The notes under the pieces are model-generated. The model worked only from the letters and a program-made list of their open reading frames with translations, did not search any database and was not told the origin of the DNA. Positions 26,855 to 36,520 of a stretch of DNA of 64,000 nucleotides are shown in pieces; the first letter of the stretch is position 1, and the number at the start of each line of letters is the position of its first letter. This stretch comes from the human T2T-CHM13v2.0 reference genome, Homo sapiens, in assembly GCF_009914755.1 (NCBI RefSeq), contig NC_060938.1, one strand, 5' to 3'. Made by a program: the position numbers and the translations under genes.

Positions 26855-28939
26855 AGCTAGCTATTTATTATCTTTAAAATTAGTATGGGCAAGCTGATCA
26901 TCTGACTTGCTCGGGTGACCAGCCACCTAAGTCTGCTCTTATGTCCCCAAAGTCCTCCAGTGTCTTCCATAATCCTATACATCGAAGAAAGAAAGAACCT
27001 GCAATTTTGACAACTGTGTTATTTTATTAAACCAAACATACTTTGTTTTTTAAGGATGAGGAATAAAAATAGTTCACATTGGTTTTAAAGGTGAATCAGC
27101 CAGCTTACCTGCAAAATGTAGGTGTCCCCTCTGCGTTGTTCCAGCTGTGGATTCCCTGGAGTGTTCATCTTTACCCCAACCAGTGCAACAGAGCCTGTCA
27201 CACTGCTGGTTGTACAGGGTATCTCTTTAGCCTCACAGGCATCCTGGATCAGAAGGCATTGCAGGGAGGGTTTTGCAGAAAAGCAAGGTGTGAAACTGGG
27301 GGATTAGCTGACATGTTGCCTGCAGGAACAGGTGTGCAGTCCCCACTTGCAGGAAGACTAAATGGTCCATGGCAAGAGCAAATGAAGTGTCATTTTCAAG
27401 AAAACCAGACAGAGAGCTGGCAAGTACTCTGGGCTGAGTAATATCGAATAACACCACCTCCTTTTCCTTATAGTGGTTCTTCCATCAGCCTGATTCCAGA
27501 GACTGCCCAGGAATTAGCACCTCTGGACAATTCCTCTAGTTCAGAATCCTCTACTCTTCTCTTTCTTTTCCAATTTCATTCAGTTTCCTTCTCATATTTT
27601 CTCTTTTCTGCTCTACTGAACTATTATTATTATTAGTAGTAGTAGTAGTAGTAACCCTATTACAACTCACGTGAATGGTTATGAAGAGGAGGCTGTTATC
27701 TCATAATAAAACACACATAACGTAGCAACAAAACAAAGCAAAACTACACAGAGCCAAGAGAAACATAAAATCACTGTTTCCCTTTACACAAGGAAAAGGA
27801 GGCTGAGAATCAGACTTTGGAAATAATTTAGTCTGATATCTCCATCCAAGAGGATAGAGAAGGTGATTACATTTTTTCCTGCGAAATGTTGCCACAAGCA
27901 CAAAAAAGTGACTCTTAATATAGCAAAAAAGAAAGCAAGCAAACAAAAACAAGTGACTTTCTTAAATAATCAAACAAAAAATTGAGGTTTTACATTATGC
28001 TGTACCTTTCCAGTCAACCAGTACGCTTGAGTATGTTTTAAAAAATCATTCATATAAAGTATTAAATCAAATTTTAGGTTTCCACAGCAATGATATTCAT
28101 GAGGCTACTGGTCTCATCATCCAAATGTATTTTAATTCTCTAAATCCCATAGACAATTCCAAGCTTTCCCTCCTGTTTGTCTGATTAACTTGTCATCCAA
28201 ATAGTTTTTATTTAATTATTTTCAGTTTCTTGGCACTGATAACAATTTAAATGTATTTGTTTCACAAAAAATGCACACAAACATTGACTTGAAAGTCCTA
28301 AAATGCATTAATTTCATTATCAAATGCTAAAGCTAAATATAAAAGCTATATAAGCAAAATAATAAAATGTGATCATAAGATCTACAAATATCGAGCTCTA
28401 CTTTCTACTGCCATGACAATGTTTTCTCATTTCTATTTACATAATCTCCAAAAACACAGCCTTTAGATTTTGAACTGTTTGCTTTAGTATTTTATTTGTA
28501 ATGAAACTTCTAATGAAATAAAATGATAAATAATAGATAATTAAAAGAAACAGATTCTGGGGAAGTGATGTCTTAGAAGTAAAGCATATGGTTCTTTGCA
28601 AGACAGTAAAGAACTTCTCTGTGAAATAAGAGCATTGGACTAGATGATTTCTGGGTTTTCTTCCAGCTCTGGGGACTTATGATGTTCGTTATGTATATTG
28701 CCCTTCTTTTTTTTTTTTTTTTTTTTTCATTTGGTGGCTAGCAGCACCATTCTTTAGTGCGGTGTGCTCTATTTTCACCACTCAACTAACACATCTATAA
28801 AGGATACCCTGTCTGCATTACCACAACTTAATGAGTTTCTGTGAAAATATAGCATGCAGAAGCACACTGTGGACTACAAACACTGCAAATGCAAGATGGT
28901 GGTTCTACTGTCCAAGACACAAACTGCCTCAAGGAAGTG

Positions 28940-29155
28940 TAACTTAGGGGTTGAAATGTGTGGCCTCAAGTGCCTAACTCAGTTTAAATCTTTATTTTCT
29001 CAAAACCACTGAGTCTCAGTATCTAACTTGGAAAAGAAGGATGCAGGTACCAACCTTATGAGATCACTGGGAGAACGGAATGAAACAATGTATGCACAGC
29101 TCACATTACACGGCCTTGAGTGTGATAAGTGTTTAATAAATGCTGGTGACTATTC
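28940..29155 (+). mobile_element. MIR SINE
   Basis: CACTGAGTCTCAGT..AAAAGAAGGATG..GTACCAACCT..TAAGTGTTTAATAAATGCTGGTGACTATT. Confidence 0.6.
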
Positions 29156-29450
29156 TGTGTACACTCCTGGCATGCATCTGGGCAGTGATCATAAAATAAA
29201 TAATTAAGAAAATAAAACAGAGAAAAATACCAAAGTTTACTAATTTCTAAGTGTGGCCTTTTCCCAGGGATTGTTCTAACAAAAAAGGAGGCAGAACTAA
29301 GTAAAATTAAAGCTCTTTGAATTGAGGGAATTTAAAATTTCCAACAGAGAAGACAAATGGGCATAACTTTGAGTCTCAGTGTCACAAACAAGTGATTTTT
29401 CCATCCACCTTTTCCAGCTTTCTGAGTTTTTTAATATGAATGCCTTTTCC

Positions 29451-29667
29451 CAGAGTGTACTGGAGCTGGCTTGTGGTGGAGCTGGCACACACCAGCTTGC
29501 CAACTGTTAAATTTTCAGGAGTATTATGAGCTGGTTGATAGACTTTTGGTAGCTTGTAATCTATCAGGGTGGGAATATTTACTACAATCAAGGAAACAAC
29601 CAATAACACAAATTATGAGTATTTTTTAGTCCTGGAGTTCTTGTTAAACATATACCAGCATACCTTT
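29451..29667. mobile_element. hAT MITE (MER63A-like)
   Basis: Termini CAGAGTGTACTGG / CCAGCATACC; internal TGTTAAATTTTCAGGA and TTGGTAGCTTG..GGTGGGAATATTTAC. Confidence 0.65.
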
Positions 29668-29817
29668 TCAAAAGAACCTGTTGACCATGAAAAGATAGCG
29701 CAAATATTGCTCTGGAAAAAGGGAAATCATGTGTTTTCAACAGACATGATATGAATGCTTATGGTGGTCCAGGCACTGTACTGGATTCTAAATTAGCTCT
29801 TGATCAGATTAAACTAC

Positions 29818-31869
29818 TGATGCAGGATTTTTCTTGGCCACTTTACCAGGCTCAAAGCAGGGGATACCACATCTACTCAGCTTGTGTCTGGCTTGCACTC
29901 TGGCGCATGGCTTCCATGGCTAATGCAACTGTGTGCTTAGCCCCTGGTGGAAGGGAGCATGAGAGCAAGCAAGTGCAGGCTCCTGCCACCCACTCCAACC
30001 ACAAACAGAGGAGTAGGTTCCTTGTGGGGCCCATTGCCAGACCAGACATATTGTCCCAAGGAGAATGCGGCAGCACCCAGGCAGGGGTGCCTGTGACCTG
30101 AAGCCCCAGAGTGGGTGTTACACTGTGCTAATTAGCTCTTTTAGTTCCGCTATCCACAGCCGGTTGGATGGTTGCATGTTAACAGCTCAATGAGCCCCTT
30201 ACTCCACTCTGGCCCTGTTAGAACAGAGGACCAAGGTTACAGCCTTTCTTGGTATTCACATTCGGTGGGTCCCAAACTCCTGTCCCATGTCCAAGAAAAA
30301 TGAGGTCACACTGACAATTGAAGGGTAATGAAGGTGGGGAATTGTATTGAGTGATGAAACAGTTCTCAGCAGAGAAGGCACAGGAACATCAGGTTGTCTC
30401 TCCCCCAAAGTCAGTTCGTCTCCCTGCAGTGTGGCTGAATCTGGGGTTTTTATAGGCACAGGATGGGGGAGTGCATGCTGATTGGTTTGTGAGTATGAAA
30501 AAAAGGTTAAAACAAAGGCACCAGTCAAAGGTGGGCATGGCAGTGTAAAAACAATTTTAGGGAAGAGTAGGTGTATTAGTCCATTGTCACACTGCTGATA
30601 AAGAGATACCTGAGGCTTGGTAATTTATAAAGAAAAGGAGGTTTAATGGGGTCACAGTTCCATGTGGCTGGGGAGGCCTCACAATCATGGCAGAAGGTAA
30701 AAGATACTTCTTACATGGTGGCAGGCAAGAGACAATGAGAGCCAAGCAAAGGGGGAAACCCCTCATAAAACCATAAGTTCTCGTGAGACTTATTGACTAC
30801 CATGAGAACAGTATGGGGAAACCACACTCATGATTCAGTTATCTCTCACTGGGTCCTTCCCACAACACATGGGAACTATGGGAGCTACAGTTCAAGATGA
30901 GATTTGTGTGGGAACATAGAGCCAAACCATATCATTCCACCACTGGCCCCTCCCAAATCTCATGTCCACACATTTCAAAAACAATCATGCCTTCCCAACA
31001 GTCACCCAAAGTCTAAACTTATTTCAGCATTAACTCAAAAGTCCACAGTTCAAAGTCATTGCTCATTATCATTATCAGCATTTTTGTCAAAGCCATTCGA
31101 GTCTCTAGGAAGTTCCAAAATCTCCTACATCCTCCTGTCTTCTGAACCCTCCAAGTCTCTAGGAAGTTTCAAACTTTGCCACATTTTCCTATCTTCTTCT
31201 GAGCCCTCCAAACTGTTCCAACCTCTGCTTGTTACCCAGTTCCAAAGTCACTTCCACATTTTTGGTATCTTTACAACAGCATCCCACTCTACCATACCAA
31301 TTTACTGTATTAGTTCATTCTCATGCTGCTGATAAAAACATATCCAAGACTGGGTAATTTATAAAGAAAAAGAGGTTTAATGGACTCACAGTTCCATGTG
31401 GCTGGAAAGGCCTCACAATCATCGTGGAAGGTGAAAGGCACATCTTACATGGCAGCAGGCAAGAGAGAATGAGAGACAAGTGACAGGTACAACCCCTCAT
31501 CAACCTGTCAGATCTCATGAGACTTATTCGCTACCATGAGAACAGTATGGGGGAAACTGCCCCCATGATTCTATTTTCTCCCCCAGGGTCTCTCTCACAA
31601 CATGGGGGAATTATGGGAGCTACCATTCAAGATGATATTTGGGTGGGGGCAGAGCCAAACCATATCAGTAGGTATATGTAAAATAGGTGAAGGTGGGGAA
31701 TCAATCAAAGGAAAACACACCAAACAGGAAGACAGGTTCTCAATCCAGTTCGTGGATTTGATTTGTAGGTTGGCCTTTGGGCTATAAACTGTCTTTGGTA
31801 TGAAGGTGAGATTTCACTGGGGACCTGCCCCCATCTGTCTAGGCATTTGTCTGCCTCCTGCCACTATCA
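29818..31869 (-). mobile_element. 3' LTR of the provirus (LTR9-like), split by a THE1 insertion at 30572-31667
   Basis: TG...CA termini; CCAAT box (~30481-30485) and TATAAAAA (~30447-30454) on the minus strand. The LTR halves rejoin across the GTAGG TSD. Confidence 0.85.
30572..31667 (-). mobile_element. Two-LTR THE1 (C/D-like) MaLR element with a large internal deletion
   Basis: LTRs at 30572-30934 and 31306-31667 (TGTATTAGT...CCAAACCATATCA), with only ~370 bp of internal sequence. Perfect TSD GTAGG (30567-30571 / 31668-31672). Confidence 0.93.
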
Positions 31870-32432
31870 GTTGCCGCCTCTGAAGAGTTACATCTAATTG
31901 TCATTAGGATAGGAATGATGTCCAAGCTTAACTGCTTCCTGCTGATGGGGGCATTGTTTTGGGGAAAATGGCAGTCAGATTTCCCTCCAAGACCTATATA
32001 AGTGTCCCCAGTGAAACAGAGCTTCCTTCTGAGGCTCCAGTTGCATGACCATTGGAAGTCTGATGACCTCTAAGTGAGAAAAAAACAAATTTTACAAGGT
32101 TAAGTATGAATGGACCAAATATGTGTATCTAGAAAGAGGAGTTAAAAGGGAAAGAATCTAGTGCTGAAGATAACAGAAATAAGAAGTTAAGCATACTAAT
32201 CCTTCTGAAAACAGTATTGTGGCCACAGCTGTTTCACCCTGGTGAAATAAATTGAATTATGTATGAGTGCAATTAAACTTTAGGAGAGATAATTGTTTAG
32301 GGGAACAGATATTCCTATGGGTATTCAGGATTAAGTGTTCCTTGGCAAAGATGCCTCATGATGAGGAACAGAATGAAGGTAAGAACAGCAAGCATAGGCA
32401 AGACTATAAAGAGGATATCCATGGAAGATTAA
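31870..32432 (-). pseudogene. env-region remnant / 3' untranslated segment of the provirus
   Basis: Only ~560 bp lie between the pol stop and the LTR. The segment contains the ERV1-type 3' motif AATGCCCCCATCAGCAGGAAGCAGTTA and a possible TM-tail relic (VMQLEPQ..); no SU/TM ORF. Confidence 0.55.
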
Positions 32433-33607
32433 TTATTGATACTTATCTTTTGTGATTTTTAGCTTGAGGTCCCCAATTTTCTCACATTGGTACTTTGGAT
32501 GCTCTTCTGGGTTGACAGAGGTAACTGCTTCAGCTTCCCAGGACTTTACTCAAGTATAATGAATCCAATAATCAATTCCAGTGACCTTTACTGTTGTAGA
32601 AGTAGGAAGAAGTACAATGTAAAGTCCCTTCCAATCTGGGCCTAGAGAGGGAGAAAGAACAGGGAGTGCCTTTACCAGTACTAGATCTCCTGGGTTGAAT
32701 AGAGGTGGCCCTAGTTCTTGGGATTGGGCCTCCGACAGTTTTTTCAGTTCCTGTTGGAAGCAGACCAAATAGGTTATATGTTTAATTAAGTCAGAGGTCT
32801 CTTGGTTTAGCAAGAAATCATTGGTGAGAAAGGGTTGTCCTTACATCATTTCAAAGGGATTTAAACTCAGCTTTGAAGGGGTGTCTCTAACACATAGTAG
32901 GGCTACAGGAAGAAGAGTAGTTCAGGGGAGATGAGTTTCTTGAGACAGTTTCCTGAGTTGCCTTTTGATAATATCATTTGTCTTACCTACCTCTCCCAAG
33001 GATTTTGGTCTCTAAGCACAATGAAGAAGGTATTGTATGGCTAGTGCCTTTGAGGCCTCCGGGTGACAGCTGTTTTGAACAAAGGGTTATCATCACTCTG
33101 GAGGTACTTAGGGAGTCCAAAGTGACGAATTAACTCATTAATTAGTACTTTTATCACCTCAGAGGCTTTCTCCGTCTGACATGGAAATGCTTCTACCCAG
33201 TTAATAAAGGTATCTACCCATACCAGGAGATACTGGATGCCGCTTGTCTTTGGCAAAGGGGTGAAATCTATTTGTCAGCCTTCCCCTGGGTAGCCTCCCA
33301 TTCTTTGGATTCCAGTGGGGAGAAGCCATTGATTGAGGAGATCACTCTTAAGGAAAGTCTTGCAAGCATTAACAACCTGTTTGATCACTTGTAGCAGATT
33401 TTTACCTGAGAACAACCTCTGGGCCAATTGATAGGTTTTATCCTTACCTAGGTGGAAGGCATGGTAAAATATTTCAAGAACTTTCCATTGGCTGGCAGCT
33501 GGTAGATGAAGCTTGCCATCCTCCAATTGTTACCATCCTGAGGACTGAAAGATGCATCCCCAAGAGGTGGCCCATTCTGTTTCTGCAGGAGAATATTTAG
33601 TTTTTAT

Positions 33608-33663
33608 TTATGGAGCCCTTTCAGATTAGAGGGGCTTATGGAGCCCTTTCAGATTAGAGGGGC
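33608..33663. repeat. Perfect 28-bp tandem duplication inside pol
   Basis: TTATGGAGCCCTTTCAGATTAGAGGGGC occurs twice. Confidence 0.95.
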
Positions 33664-35163
33664 TTCAAGTGGGTCAGAATTCTGGGGCCCTCTTCCTGCT
33701 GACTTAGCTGCTTGGTCTGCCAATCTATTTCCTTCAGCTATTTCATCCACCCCTTTTGGTGGCCTTACAATGTATTACTACCACTTCCCATAGGAGGAAA
33801 GCTGAGCATAATAGTCTGTTAGTTTCCTGATAGTATTTAATGGGAGACCCATTAGCTGTGAGGAAGCTCCTCTCTTTCCAGATAGTGGCATGTGCATGGA
33901 GGACTAGGAAAGCATACTTTGAATAAGTATAAATATTAACTGCTTTTCCTTTGCTTAATTCAAGTGCCCTCATAAGGGCAATTAACTTGACTAGTGGAGC
34001 ACTTGTGCCCAAGGAGAGAGATGCACTCACAACCATATCATTTAGGGTAACTATTGCATACCCTGCTTTATGGATCACTTGTTCTACACAGAAACTTCCA
34101 TGTGTAAAGAGAATCCTTCCTCTGGGAGGAATGTGGCTGGATTTAGAGAAGGACAGGTTCTTAACTGAACTTAAAATTCCTCTAATAGCAGAGCTTGATA
34201 TTTGAGGGGGTGGTTGTCCGTTAGCCAGAGGCTCCTGTTAGAAGACAGCAGTCCTGCCACATTATCTGGGGTATAAACAGTTAAGTTATTTCCCACAATT
34301 AACTTAGTAGCCTCTTGCCACCACTACAACAGTTTGGAGACAAGACCACCATCCTTTAGCTACCCAATTAAGTTCCTTGCTTAGGTAGTCTACAGGTCAC
34401 AGGGCTGGACCTCGGGCCTGGGTTAGAACTCCCAGGGCCATTCCCTTCCTTCCTGACAAATAAAGATGAAACATTTTCCCTATGGGAAGACTAAGGGCTG
34501 GTGACTCAAGCAAGGCTTGTTTTACTTGATCAAAGGCGTTTTTAGCCTCTGGTTCCCAAATAAGGAAGTGAGTTTTAGCTGCCTGAGTCTTCTTTATTAG
34601 GTGATATAAGGGATGAGCTACTTCACCGTACCCAGGTATTCATAGTCTGCAGAATGCTGTAATGTCCAAGAATCCCCTCAGTTGCTTGAAGGCTTTGGGG
34701 AGGGGGAAAGGAGGAGATGGGCTTAATTCTTTCTTCTCCGAAAGTCCTGGTCCTCTATGACAAGACTAGACCTAGATACTTCACTGAAGTCTGATAGAGC
34801 TGAGCCTTAGATTTTGAGACCTTATATAATCTGTTAGCCAGAAAATTAAGAAGAGCCTTACTGCCCTCCTGGGAGATTTCTTCAGTTGGGGCACAGAGGA
34901 GAATGTCATCTACATATTGTAAAACTTTAACCTGAGAATAAAGGAATTCAGAGAGGTCTTTGGACAATGCCTGCCCAAACAGGAGAGGGGTGCCTTGAAA
35001 TCCCTGAGGTAACACTGTCCAGGTTAGCTGGGTGGTCTGTCTTAGGGATCCTCGAATACAAACAAATTTTGGAAGTCAGGGTGCAACAGTATGCAAAAAA
35101 AGGCATCCTTTAGGTCCAGGGCTGTGAACCATTTTAGTTCTCTCAGGAATTTGGCTTAGCAGA

Positions 35164-35513
35164 TGTATTAGTCTGTTTTATTCTACTGATAAAGACATAC
35201 CCAAGACCTGTCAATTTACAAAATAAAGAGGTTTAACTGGACTTACACTTCCACATGGCTGCAGAAAGGAAGGAAGAGCAAGTCATGTATTACGTGGATG
35301 GCAGCAGGCAAAGAGAGAGCTTGTGTAGGCAAACTCTTGTTTTTTAAAACCATCAGATCTCATGAGTCTTGTTCACTATAATGAGAACAGTGCAAGAAAG
35401 ACCCGCTGCTATAATTCAATCACCTCCCACTGAGTTCCTCCCATGACATATGGAAATTGTGGGAGTTACAATTCAAGATGAGATTTGGGTGGGGACACAG
35501 CCAAACCATATCA
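35164..35513 (-). mobile_element. THE1 solo LTR inserted in the RT region
   Basis: TGTATTAGTC...GGGGACACAGCCAAACCATATCA; TSD GCAGA/GCAGG. RT translation resumes on both sides. Confidence 0.93.
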
Positions 35514-36520
35514 GCAGGGTATATGGATTGGAAACCACCAGGTTAATTGAAACCACAGCCTCATTAACAAGGCAGAAATTTTGGACCAGTCTGCATTCCC
35601 TATTGGGTCCTTTTACCCCCAATATTGGGGTATTATAAGGGCTGTTGCAGGGTTTGAGGAGGCCCTGAATCCTCAAGTTATCAATGATGGCTTCTAGTCC
35701 TTTCCTAACTTCTGGTTTCAGGGGATATTGTCTCTGGTTAGGAAAGGAAGTGGGATCCTTAAGGTGGATCCAGACCGGTATGGCAGTTGTGGCTTGGACA
35801 ACTTTCCCTTGAGTTTTCCAAACTTCTGGGTTAATATTGGTATCCACTGGGGTAGACAGAGAGTTTGTCCTGGAGCCATCACGATGGTGCTTCCCGTTTG
35901 GACCAGAATATCCCTGCCCAGCAGAAAGGTTGGGCTTTCAGGCATGATTACACAGGCATGGGTAAACAAGAGGTCTCCCCAACTACAACTAAGGGGCTGG
36001 GAAAAGTATCAGTTTAAAGACCTTCCTGAGACACCACTCATGGTCATGCTGACAGAGGAGAGGGAGAGGAGAACTGAAAGGGCTACTTCAGTGTCCAGGA
36101 GGAGTTTCACTTTCCTGTCTTTGATTTTCAGACTCACTCAGGGCTCCTGTATGGTAATGGTGGTCTGGACCACTGTAGCTGGGAAGAGGGTTCCTGGGAC
36201 CCATCAGTCCTGCTGGACCATTTGGGAGATTGGATTTGTGACCTGCATCTCCAGAGACAGTCCACCCTTCAGTGGTCCCCATTGCAGATTGGACAGGGTG
36301 GAGGTGGCTTCCTCATGCTGTCTGGACAGTTTTTCCTAAAATGCACTGACTTGCCACATTTGTAGCAGTTAACCCCAGAGATCCTGGGGTTGGTGGTCCT
36401 GAAAGTGGGCCATAAAGCCTCTGTCTTTTTCTAGTGTACCTCTTTCTCTCCTGGGCCTCCTCCCTATCTGTATTGTAAAAGACCAAGGTGACCACTTTCA
36501 GGAGGCTCTCTAAAGTACTA

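Larger units (their letters stand above)
32433..36203 (-). pseudogene. ERV pro-pol pseudogene (protease, RT, RNase H, integrase), with stops and frameshifts
   Basis: Protease LLDTEVA (DTG changed to DTE, 36087-36095). RT QYPLKPE..NSPYNTPILGV, LPQGF and YVDD (34905-34916). RNase H LIALMRALEL..VNIYTYSKYAF. Integrase HAFHLG, LVWVDTFINWVEAFP, LQSDDN and C-terminal WKGLYIVLL..WIH. Confidence 0.92.

Noticed and set aside
26491-26877. 128-aa ORF, and similar ones at 44497, 49511, 59624 and 61317
   Set aside because: These are translations of Alu sequence.
31101-31212. ~54-bp imperfect tandem repeat in the mini-THE1 internal region
   Set aside because: The copies are diverged, and I recall this doubling in other THE1-internal copies, so it is probably a subfamily trait rather than a locus event (not verified).
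35728-36339. 203-aa plus-strand ORF, the longest in the track
   Set aside because: It is the antisense shadow of the gag end, protease and RT start, begins at a non-ATG codon and has no recognisable domain.
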